A stretch of 63,532 nucleotides of DNA, counting the filler, from Intoshia linei (Eukaryota; Animalia; Orthonectida): the NCBI GenBank assembly GCA_001642005.1. It is 4 parts of 4 records of this genome, joined end to end, with 100 filler letters (N's around TTAATTAATTAA, not from the genome) between each part and the next. Parts side by side here need not be neighbours in the genome. Positions count along the whole stretch, not along the records: positions 1 to 19,007 come from LWCA01000752.1; 3 more parts are not named here. One strand, written 5' to 3'. The position numbers and the translations under genes are program-made. A model generated the notes under the pieces. The model saw nothing but the letters and a program-made list of their open reading frames with translations. It ran no database searches and had not been told where the DNA came from. This document shows, one piece after another, positions 1 to 11,600 of this stretch. The first letter of the stretch is position 1; the number at the start of each line of letters is the position of its first letter.

Positions 1-832
1 AAACGCAACTCGAATAGATAGCGTTAAATATTTTTGATTGCCATTAGTTTTTCTTTTATAAAAATACACTTTTAGTGCTAATTGCCCATCGAATTCTAAA
101 ATTTTCCAAAAAATGTGACACCCTAGTGAACATATATGAAAAATTATACTCTTATTGTATATTAAACAAAAATAAAAATTAATATAGATTTTTTCCTGTC
201 AGTTTTTTGATACAAAAACAAATTTGTCAGGATTTATTAATACAGGAAAGATACATATAATCATAGGCGAACATTCAATTGAGCGATGTATTGTTAGAGT
301 GACATAATCATATTAATTATTTTTTGACAAAATTTTGTGGGTTTCTTAGTGTAATCTTAGGCCCAAATTTTAGTAGGGTTATTAAGATAAGTTTTTTTAA
401 CCCATTTTTTAAATATTTTAAAGATAATTTTTGACTAAAATTTTGTAGGACATTTAAAGGAATATTTTTAACATTTTAAGGAAATAAATTAAACTAAATC
501 ACATAAATTACAAAATACAAAAAAAGTGAATATTTTTTGTTATGTTGACTGAAAATAACTATTAGGTATAATTTTTTTAAAAATTCTAATACCTTTTTTT
601 GTTTTTCAAAATGATGTGTTAATCGGAATTTTAGTCGTAAAAGTGAAAGTTTTCAAGTTGCAATTGATGATGATGCTCATAATTTTAAAATCTGTCCAAG
701 AATTTGTGTTTTTTAAAATTCTAATATTATTTTCATTTTTAAAAATAAGGGGTAATTTCGGTTTTTTTAAATTATAAGCTTAAATTTTTAATCAGATTAT
801 TACAGTATCACACAAAAATTAAAATACACAAA

Positions 833-1560
833 CTTACTTATATAATATGCTACGCAATATTTTCTTGTGTGTGTTCCCGTTTATTTCAACAACTACCAGT
901 CTTAGAATTTTACAAAGTCTATATTTCAATTACAGTTTTTTCCGGGGTGTTAGCAAAATAAATTTCAACCTCTCAAACTCACATCTTACAGGTCAAAAAG
1001 CCCAATTGTCCTTTTTTTTGAAAATCAAACGAGTTAGAAAATTTCAAAAAATATATTCTCTGATATCTATTTTAAAATCATAAATATTATCATAAATTTA
1101 AATTTAAAAAAAATATATAATCAGGGCCAAAACAAAAATTACCTTTTTTTTAATGAAAACAGCCCTATAATTTAAACAAATTTACAGGTTGTACAGTTGT
1201 ATCATGTTAATACACACCAAAAAAATTTCAATCTTAATAAGTGACGCCTTCATGGTCAAAAAAGCATTTTAGTTTTAATATGTTTTTTTCCGAAATATTT
1301 TATTAAAACCAAAAATGTGAAATAATTAACGGTCCAAAAATTAAAAAAAAAAAATTGTTCTGATAGATCTTACTCAGTTGATATACATACAAAAGTTCAA
1401 CCCGTGAAATCTACGCATTTCTAATGAAACATAATTTTTAAATATTTTAGATTTAGATTTTTAAATTAGATTTTCAACGTGAATTTATTATTTTCGTAGA
1501 ATAAAAATGTACCCTCAGCAGAGCTAGGTGCTGTTTGTACATTTTACATAACAGTCAATA
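833..1560 (+). mobile_element. Non-autonomous Helitron-like element (family A copy, eroded ends)
   Basis: Starts CTTACTTATATAATATGC, is colinear with 58919-60195 and 30678-31407, and ends with a degenerate version of the CTGTTTGTAC...TACATAACAG hairpin. Confidence 0.7.
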
Positions 1561-1869
1561 AAATAATAAAATATTATATAAAATAAAATCTAGTAAATTA
1601 TAATTAAAATTTTTTGCGTAAATATCTAGAAATAACTATTTTAGCTGTAATTGTTTCTAAATTCTAGGAAAATTTCCGTTCAAAAAGTTCAAAAGTTTTC
1701 GTAAAAAAAGCGTTGTAGGGTTTTTTAAAATTGCAATTTATGATAATGCTCATGATATTGATCCCGAAACATGGTCCATTTATGTAATTTAAAATTCTAG
1801 TACTCTTTTCATTTTAAAAAAAAAAGGTAATTTGGTTTTTTGAGTTGAAATATTGGAAAAATTTAAAAC

Positions 1870-4091
1870 TTTTTAGAATTTTCCAAAACGACAACACGTG
1901 TAGTATATTCTCCAAATAGTTGGCATTCTTGAGTGTGGTCAAGTTGATAAACTTTAACATTCTAATATACATTATTATCCATAATGTAAAATAATATACA
2001 TTACAGAAATGGATTCATCATTTTTTTTGAAATGGATTAGTTTAATAATTGAACTTGCATTGGCAGAGCCTATAAAAAATAAAATATATCATAATGTTAT
2101 GATAAAGGAAACATTGTTTGCTCAATACTAAAATACAAAACAAATGGGGTTACAGTGTAAAATAAAAATAAAATAAACAAAATACAGATAAACATTATAC
2201 AATAATAATATTAATGTTAATAGAGTATAAATCTTTATTAACAGAATCTTGAATTATTTATTTTTTCTTAACGAATTTGTATGTACAAAAATTCCGTTAA
2301 TAAAAATTTTATTTTGAAAGCTCTATTATCTTTTTTTAATCACTATCGTACAAATAAACTCAATTTTTACTAATTAGGAGATAATTCATAATGTTTTCTA
2401 TCAAATATTTAATAGATATTCAATTAAATCGTGTTAATTAGAAATTATTACTATCATTACCAAAATATCATTTTTAATTTTTAACTTAACTGCTGTGGAC
2501 CCAGAAGACCATATATACCATTTGATAATGTTTTGTGTATATTACATCGTCATCTATTACTCAATAACTCATGATAACAAGAAATATCACCATTTAATGG
2601 TTTTTATTCAAAAAAATTAAATTCCGTTAACAAGTGTGTTATTATGGGCAAAATTCCATAATACAAATTTCCGTTAATAAAGACTTAGACTGTAATATGA
2701 AAAAATTAATAACAATAAAAATGTAAATTAAAAAATAAATTAAAATTACCGGCGCACGAATATGGAATATCTATAATATTATCTTTACAGTGCAGTTTCA
2801 CGTTTTCGACTTTTTTATTATTGATATATTCGACCAATAAATAATAATCCTGACAGTTTCCTAATAACGGACAAATACAAAATTATTAAATTTTATTTTG
2901 ACATAGTTGAAAAAATTTAAAAACTCATCAATGTCTATATTTTTCCAGTCAGATTAACAATTAACAGTATACATGGGGATGAGAACCCATTTCACATATA
3001 ATTTAACATTTCAATAATTTCACATAAATAAAGCCGCAGGATGATATTAGAAAAAAAATGATAGCCTAAATATTGAGATTTGCTAAATTGACATTAAAAA
3101 CCACCAAATTGAAAAGTATATTAATTTTATATATGATGAATGTAATATATTTTAAAGTAAATTAAATAAACATCAATGAGGTCACACGTTCCCCACCTCG
3201 TATATACACTGTATATTTTTAGTATATATTATACAATAAAAATAACCATCCTAAATATACACTTTTTAATATTCCATGTAAAACAGCCCCAGAAAAACTG
3301 TTAAAATTTAGACAATATTATAAGATGTACAATTTACATTTAAAATTGTACATATTCCACTTTTAATTTACTATTCACAATCCAAATAAAGTATTGAAAT
3401 ATTCCTTCCAAACCAGCATCAACTAACTTATTTCAAATGATACAAAAAAATACCATAATCAATCCACCAACAACCATCGAATCTGTTGAATTCCTCCATA
3501 ATGATATAAGAAGGACATCCAATAAACAAATTTGGATCTAAATGAAAAATTTTGAAAAGTTAAAATCTCTTTACCATCAACAGATAAAATTTTGACCAAC
3601 TCTCCAGTTTCAAAATTTCCAATAAAAACATCTTTTGCACCAACAGTGACAAATGCCATAATATTAGAATTAAAAGTGCAAAATAAGGGTCTAGTTAATA
3701 ATCCTTCTTCTTTATTACTGAATACTTGCCATTTAGAATTTAATACATTTGTAATATAGATATAATTTGGAAAAACTTCGAAACCAATGTACGCATCATC
3801 ATAACTTTTAACCATATTTCTAATATTTGTAGTATTATATTTCCGCATTCTTTGGTCCATTAACTCATTAAAAATGCCATCATTTGGTGAATGATTTATA
3901 TTAAACTTTTCATTAACTCTGGACTTTGCGTCTTCCCATGAGATTAATATCTTTTCATCCTTTATTCTCAAATTTTGAAGGTCAATTAAATGTAGATATT
4001 TTATACATGCAATGTTTTCATTTTTACATATATAATAACATTTTTCTCCAATATTTTCAAACAAAAAATTACGAGGAAAATTTTCAGCCAT
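1870..4091 (-). CDS. Dipeptidyl peptidase 8/9-like (S9B) protein, N-terminal propeller region; 3' end not found in the window
   Basis: GT-AG exons 4091-3575, 3537-3454, 2860-2750, 2069-2005 and 1961-1870 splice in frame. Motifs resembling DPP8/9: SWEDAK...ELMDQRMR (cf. SWKQML...ELLRERKR), IGCPSYIIMEEFNRFDGCWW (cf. GVATFVIQEEFDRFTGYWW, with the Glu-Glu motif) and YLLVEY...PYSCAGSAN (cf. RILYEE...YPRTGSKN). The catalytic domain was not found. Confidence 0.75.
2221..2694. mobile_element. pogo/Tc1-mariner-like MITE in a DPP8/9-like intron
   Basis: Imperfect TIRs: left TAGAGTATAAATCTTTATTAACAGAA, reverse complement of right end TACAGTCTAAGTCTTTATTAACGGAA. TA at both ends and internal TTCCGTTAA repeats. 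Confidence 0.55.
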
Positions 4092-5416
4092 TTTAATTTG
4101 AAAATGTAAATATAATTTTACTAATTTCCATGTTGAATAATAATAAAACTAACTTCCAAATGATATAAAATTTATAAATTGAAATACAAATTGTATTACA
4201 AATTTTTTCATATGAAACAAAAATTTTCATTTTTTCTGAATTATGTACATTCAATTATTGTTTCAAAGGATATAGAACATGGGTGTCAATTATGGACACG
4301 TTATAATATAAATTTTTATTTTTATAACAATTGCTTACTAAATAATAAATTACTAATTTATATAAAGTAAAATGGTTAATTGTATATCTGTTTATATATT
4401 TGTTCCAGTTTATTTAAGAAAGTAAGGGCAGTCGAGTTTTACACATTCCATTTCTTATAACAGTTGTTCCAGAGTGATGTTTTATCGTAAATTTCAATTC
4501 CAGAAATTGAGTCCTTTAACGTTAAAAACCCCAACTGTCCCTTGTTTTTAAATTCAATCCCGTCCCAGAATTATAAAAAATACACATTTTAATATGAAGT
4601 TTTAAATTCATCAATATTATGATAATTTTCAATTTCAAAATCTTATATCTTTACGGCTAAAACTCCAAATTACCCTTTTTTGTAAAAATTAAAAAATATA
4701 TATCATAAATTCTGAAATGATTTTCTTCAAACGGTTAAAAAAATTTAAGGTACAACATATTGTCAAACGTGCATATAACAAGAGAAATTACTAACATACA
4801 TAAACTTATTCAAAAAAATGCATTTTGGTGTTTAAGAGTTAAAAAAATAAAATTATATTTCCTATTTTTACCCTTCAGAAACGAGGATATTAAATTTTAT
4901 CTGATTTACATATACTGTAGTTTATGTATTATACAATGCAAAGCATGGTATTTACTGTTATTGATATATTGCTATCCATATAACTAATCATCAAAAATAA
5001 ACTCAACCTAGATAAAAGATACAATAATGTGATATATTTTTGTTTGAATTAGATACATGTATTTGGGTTTTTAGTTCACATATATAATATGTAGATGTAA
5101 ATGTATAATTATTATATTAATTTTACAAAAATTAGGTTAATATATATATTATGATGATAATATGTATTTTCGATATTAATTTCGAGACACGTAGTGAACT
5201 AATTTATTATATCAATCTACGAAATATCCAATTTTTTAATATATGCGTTTTTTGACACAATTATAAATAATATTTCAAATCCAAATTACCGTTTTTAGTT
5301 TAAAAATGAAATGAATCACATCATTTTAAAAAACATCAAATCTGAAACAGTTTTTTAAAGTCATGATCATTATCATAAATCGCAACGTTAAAAAGTTGCA
5401 TCTTTGTGATCTAAGC

Positions 5417-5720
5417 CAGTTGTATCCAAATGGGCCCTTCAAAGTCTGATGGAGGTCGCAGATTTAAGAAAAATTTTTAAATTAAATTAGAATTTTTAAC
5501 ATTAATTAATATATTCTTGAAAATTGGATTAATTTTGGATTTTAATAAATTTAAATGTTATTAACCCTTACGAGACAAAAAAACGTATATATACAAAAAA
5601 GAACAATCATAAATTTACAATTTTTGTACCTAGTCTAAGATGTCAACTATATTAAAGTAGGATTTATAACGAAAATAAAATTAGTAATATTAAAAGATAA
5701 CATTTTTTGGGGAACTACTG
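5417..5720. mobile_element. hAT (Charlie/Buster-type) MITE with 8-bp TSD
   Basis: Ends are CAGTTGTATCCAAA and TTGGGGAACTACTG. Identical ATCTAAGC flanks both sides (5409-5416, 5721-5728) and fits the NNNTANNN pattern. A related copy starts at about 25339 (CAGTGGTTCCCAAATGGG). Confidence 0.75.
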
Positions 5721-8084
5721 ATCTAAGCCACATATTAACTTTTTTAATATTCAAATAAAAAAAATGATACAATTTAAAAAAATGAAAATGAATAGATTAG
5801 AATAAATAATATAATAAATAGTAACAAAGTTATATTTTCTACTTCGCTGTTCTAGTTTTAGACAAAATTTTCTACAAAGTATTTTAAATTTTTTGAAAAT
5901 GAGTACATGTATTTGATAATCAAAAATTGCGTAGCAATAAAAAAAAGCCGAAGGAATCAATTATATAGATTTATTTTTGTGTGTGTTAACAGGATACAAC
6001 TGTACCATCTGTAATTTTTGTTTAATTTTCTAGGGTTGTTTTCATTTTAAAAAAAGGTAATCTGGGTTATTATATAAGATATAGTATATAAAATTATTTT
6101 AAATTTTTAATGCTTATAATTTTAAAAATTATCTCAGAATTTATGTTTTATAAATTTTTTGTAGATTTTTCATTTTTTTAAATAAAGCGTAATTTGCTGT
6201 TTTTACCATGAAGATTTGCGTTTCTGAAGCTAAGATTTAGGAAAATGTTAATCATTTTAAAATGCGTCCCACAATGTATGTTTTATTCCATTTTTTTGGG
6301 AAATTGGGTTTTTGGCCTTGAAGGACTCAAATTCAGAAGATAAAAAATATATATAAACACGCACTAGGAAAAACTGTCTTAGATATTGGGGTTTTTTAAA
6401 TTATACAACTGTCAATTTTTTAAATAAACTGTAACACACACATAAATTTATTTTTATATAAGTAATGATATATCTAATAATAATATAGCTATAGAAGTTC
6501 AAAAATATGATAATTATTCATTTTTTATATTATACAGTGTAACACTGTCTGAAACGATTATTTTATTAAATTTTCAAACATAGTCATGGTAAATATATAT
6601 ATATATAATAATAATAATATTGAATAAGTTTTCAATTTAAATGAAATGACAAAGATTAACGAATAAATTAAAAATGTTTTTAATAATTAATTTGTACCCA
6701 TTATGTGTTTTATGTCTCAGATAGTATGGTTAAAAGTACTAAAGTATTAGAAACGAATACTAAAACTTAAAATAAATTCATATAAATATAGATAGTGTAA
6801 TAAACAAATTAACATATATAAAGCTAAAGTTAAAGACGCATTCATTACTAATATACGTTTTATATTGTTAAGATATTGAATTCACTAGCCAGGCGTAAAC
6901 TATTGGACGCTTGAATAATCACGATAACCCAATTATTAAATAAAATATTAAACGAACATACAATATCATAACCAAGTTGATATATGTACTAAAACATGCT
7001 AAAAATAAGACAAAAAATGATTAAAACGAAGAATAAAAAAATCTAACAAAATCATTGAAATGAAATTAGATACGCAAAAACGTGAAACAAACTAAAAATA
7101 AATTAATAAAATAAATAAGTTTATCTATTAATTTTCTAAAATAAATGTGTATTAGGGGCAATATAAGAGTAAGAACGCATAAATTGACCAAGTTAAACTC
7201 TTAATTTACAGTAGTAACATTTAAATAGTAACCTACATTTATAAATACAAAGTTAGTGCTAGTGTATACGATACATATTTAATAATATTAAACATGTATT
7301 AAATAAATGCATTAGTATTCGTTTTCATGGAAATTAAACAGTATAGAAAAACATAAAGATATTTTATTGGCTACTTGATTCTACTCCATGATTACAACGC
7401 AATATTGATAATTTTCTTCATTTCTGATATTAAATCGTCAAGTTTGTTACAATTTTTCAATTTAAAGGTATATTTAATTTGTATATAGTTTTTTAAGAAT
7501 AAACAAATATTTTTTTAATGCAATTTTCTCTTTTACAAGATAATAAAGCTAGTAAAATTTAAATTCAACATTTAAAGTGATTTCAATGTTAATAAATTTA
7601 TAAATTAAAATAGTAATAATGTAAAATAAAATTTTTATTATGACTGAAAAGTGTAAATAAATCCAATTGTAAATAGAAATTAAAGAATCAAATTAGTTTT
7701 TCATTAAATGCAAAAAATAAAATAAAGTATAAAGCAAAAAATTTTCACATAAAACTTAACAAATATTAAAAAATATTAAAATTTAGTTGATTTTAAATTT
7801 GCATTGCAAGTGTTCCCACAAATAAAACTTATCTTGTAAAAATTTAAACACAAAGAGCATACAGATAAGCCTGTGTTCTATATTTGACTAAGTAGTTATC
7901 TAGCCTAGCTGAATCAGTAATCTAGACTCACACAACTAAACTATTAGAGTAACTGTAACACTTTTCATAGCTATAATGCGAAAAATCAATATTTGCGTTC
8001 ATACATAAACTACAATCATTTACAAATTTTATACATTACTGTATATTAATTTTAAACATTTTCAGTGATATAAACTAATTCAAA

Positions 8085-8296
8085 ATGGTTACGAAACGAA
8101 AAGTCGGTAGAAAGGCAACAAAGCCAAAAGTAGTAAAGAAGGTTGCAGGTAATTCAAATATTTTTTACATTTATGAAGCTTTATTTTAGTCAGGAAAACA
8201 GTTAAAAGGAGTGCCAAACCTAAAAGAAAGGTTGTCAAAAAAATTGTCAAAAAAGTTAATCGGGCCTCCGCTAAGGGAAAAAAATCCAAGAAATAA
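8085..8296 (+). CDS. 56-aa ultra-basic Lys/Arg/Val/Ala-rich protein (protamine-like or histone H1 tail-like)
   Basis: Exons 8085-8148 and 8190-8296 with a 41-nt GT-AG intron give MVTKRKVGRKATKPKVVKKVAVRKTVKRSAKPKRKVVKKIVKKVNRASAKGKKSKK*. 27 of 56 residues are K/R and none is acidic. AATAAA at about 8436. Confidence 0.7.
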
Positions 8297-8656
8297 ATGT
8301 ATACTTTATAAAATCTCATATATAGATTATGCCAACCTATTCGTATCAAACTTGTACAAATCTACACGAAATTTCTTTAATAATGTCAATTTACGAATTT
8401 GCTAAACTGGATATTTTATCTTATGTAATTTGTTTAATAAATAGTTTATAATTTTTGGTTTGTCTTGTTGAATTTTTTTCAAATCATTATGATGCTGTCT
8501 ATATTTCTGTCTACTAGACAATGTATATTGTTTGTGATATCTGCCATGCAGATTCTTCGAGTAGAGTACATTCAAATACATTTAAAAGTTTAATTTATCC
8601 GTAAAATAAATATATAATTTAATAAAAATTAACATTCAATGATTGAAGGTGAAAAG

Positions 8657-11600
8657 TTAACCTTTAACAACAATCAGTGGTCTCAGTTTGAAACATTTTT
8701 TACTTATTCCTACAGCATCACCTAAAAGATTAATTGAACAATATACTCATTATTATATTACATGTATTTACAACATCCGTTACATCTTTGTAAGATTCTG
8801 GAGCCTTAAAAATTAATTTATAAATGAATAAATAAACATTTTCGAGCAAAATAATTAAATTTACAAAATTCACTCCACTCTGATTAACGCCACACAATTC
8901 TTAATTTAATTAAAATTGTAATTGATAACCTATCACTCCGTCTGATTTAGCTTATTTTACTTTTATTCCTCAACTTTAAATACGCTACAACTAGGTCATG
9001 TTTTTATATACCTATTTTATGTTAAAAATGATCATATTCCAAAAATTTTAAACCTATTTTAGTTAAATTTTAATTAGAAATGATATTAAAGTTACATGGA
9101 ACAAAATTAATTGGACACATTTTTTATTTTTACAATTCTCAGAAACCGTCAAATTATGACATTAATAAGTATCTTTCTGAGTAAATTCGATTATTCATAA
9201 TAATTAAATGATTTTTTAATTAAATCATAAAGTTATAATAATATATTTTTTTTGGATTTATATTAATGTAATTCAATATATTAATGTAGTTATATTGAAG
9301 TATGATACTTTCATAATTTTGAAATGATACAAAATAGTTGTTGGACAATAAATAACATTCTTAAAGTTAAATTTGGTTGATATATCATGTCTTGTTACAG
9401 AGCCGAATGAATTAGATGTTAATATATTATTAAGAAAATCAATACAATAAATAAATATTTTTAAAATTATAAAAATTAATATTGATTGAATTAAATTTAA
9501 AATTACCATATTTACCGCCACTACAATCTCAAAATGCCCCAAATTTTGAAATTTACCCAGGGACGGTAATGCCCCATTGAAGACCCTGATATAGACCAAA
9601 TGAATATTTTTGACAAAATTTTAAATTTATAATACAATAACTATTACAATAAAAAACAACTCATACATACATATGTATAATTATAACAATTAAGGATTAT
9701 ATTTAATAAAGGAACTGTAGACAACCTTGCTGAAAAATTGTAAAAATTACGTTAAATTTTAACCAAGAAAGAACAAATTTACAAGGTCTTACTAATGAAA
9801 ACGCCAATATTGTCTCCAGTAATGGCTGTAATATTAAATTGAAAATGTTGACTTACTAACACAATTAAAATAAGAATCCACTCAAAATGGAATCATCTTG
9901 ATTGTGTCATTCTAATTAGCGTTTTCAAAATATAAATAAATGCTTATAAAATTATACAATAGTATATTACCAGACGTAAAAATAATTTATCTGTTTCAAA
10001 TGAAAAATAAAAAATTTTGCAAAAATTGTAAATACACTTACTTCTTCAGCAATGAGTTTAGGTGATGCGACTCTGACTTCAATACCTCTTTCAATTAAAC
10101 GATCGAGAATGTTTTGATAATTTAATTTTTTTCGAGCTCCAGATCGCGACATGGCACGTCCCTAAAAATTTAAGATGAATTAAACAAATATTTACGGCTC
10201 CATGGCAGGTAGTTCCAAATGTATTGATCATCCCAGTCTCCGTTCCCGTAAGCACATAACTGCATGTTCCCATTGAACCACCGATTAACACGGGTTGACC
10301 AGTTAATTGATAATCGACAGGTATAAGTGGATGGTGTGGTGGAAAAGCTCGCGTTGCACCCTTACGGTGAACGAGTAAGGTTTTTAATTTGTTTTCAACC
10401 ATATGTTCCTCGATTTTAGCTACATTGTGAGAAACATCGTAAATTAAATGCATGTCCAACTCATCTGGGGATTGTTGAAACAATTTTGAAAAAGCTTGAC
10501 GACACAAAAATGTCAAAGAGGAACGATTTACCCAAGCATAATTTGCTGCTGCAGCCATTCCAGCTAAATAATTTTGTCCTTCTTTGCTATTAATACGAGC
10601 ACAACTAAGTTGTCGATCGTTAACTTTAATTTCTTGAGATTTCATAGCTTTGTCCATTTCCACCAAAGAATCTGTTGCTACCTGATGTCCAAATCCTCTT
10701 GAACCGGTGTGTATCATCACAACAACTTGTCCGACGCGATCAATACCCATAGCTTTTGCATTAAACTTGTCGTAAATTTCATCCACAACCTGAACTTCTG
10801 TGTAATGATTTCCTGCTCCAAGGGTTCCTAATTGGGGCATCCCTCTTTTTTTTGCTCTAGCACTAACTGCGTCTGCATTTGCCTGTATCATTCTACCTTG
10901 TTCTTCACAGTGTTCTTTATCTTCAGCCCAACAATAACCGGCCTTTAATGACCAATCCATGCCTTGTTCCAATATTGAATTTAGATCTGTAGGGCGTATT
11001 TTAATATTTCCACGAGATCCCACGCCAACCTAAATATATTTTAATAGAAAAACCCAATTTTCCGAGTCATATTCGAGAACAGATACATATAAATATTTGA
11101 AATTAAAACCAAATATACTATCCTGGAGACCCGACATATAAAAAATTGGACGTCTATACTCTAAAGCAGGGGTTCTCAATCTTTTTTAAAATCACCTCTA
11201 ATAATTCATAACCAAGTTGTTACAGTTAGTCAATTTTTTTAAAAATCGACCCATAGAACCAATAATTATCTTAAAAAAAAATTTAATACTTTAGTAAAAA
11301 AGTAGTTTCACATAAAAAATTTAAGGAAATATACATTTTAATCAAATGACAAAAAAAAATTTTAGATTTCCAATAATTAAATTTAATCGTAATATGTAAT
11401 ATTTTAATTTTAAATTATAATTTATGTATTTTGTGAAATAATATAGAAAACCCGCCCCTTGTTTTAAAAATTCGCATGATGGTGCTAATAACTTCAAGTG
11501 AATTCGAACTTGCTGATAAAGTAAGTAAAAATTTAGAATTCAACACCTGTATAACCGAATTCCTGAAAGACGCATACACTGAGACTAATGATATTAACAA

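Noticed and set aside
847-1083. Short ORFs inside repeats (also 5751-5960, 17623-17829, 33137-33586, 60263-60463)
   Set aside because: They lie in Helitron, MITE or other repeated sequence, have low-complexity F/I/K/L composition, and show no family motifs.
8089-8405. ORF-track ORFs 8089-8349 (-) and 8211-8405 (+)
   Set aside because: They are antisense and out-of-frame shadows of the spliced basic-protein gene.
10091-11023. Prokaryotic RtcB RNA-repair operon
   Set aside because: This is one exon of a 7-exon spliceosomal gene closely resembling metazoan RTCB, with no rtcA or rtcR nearby.
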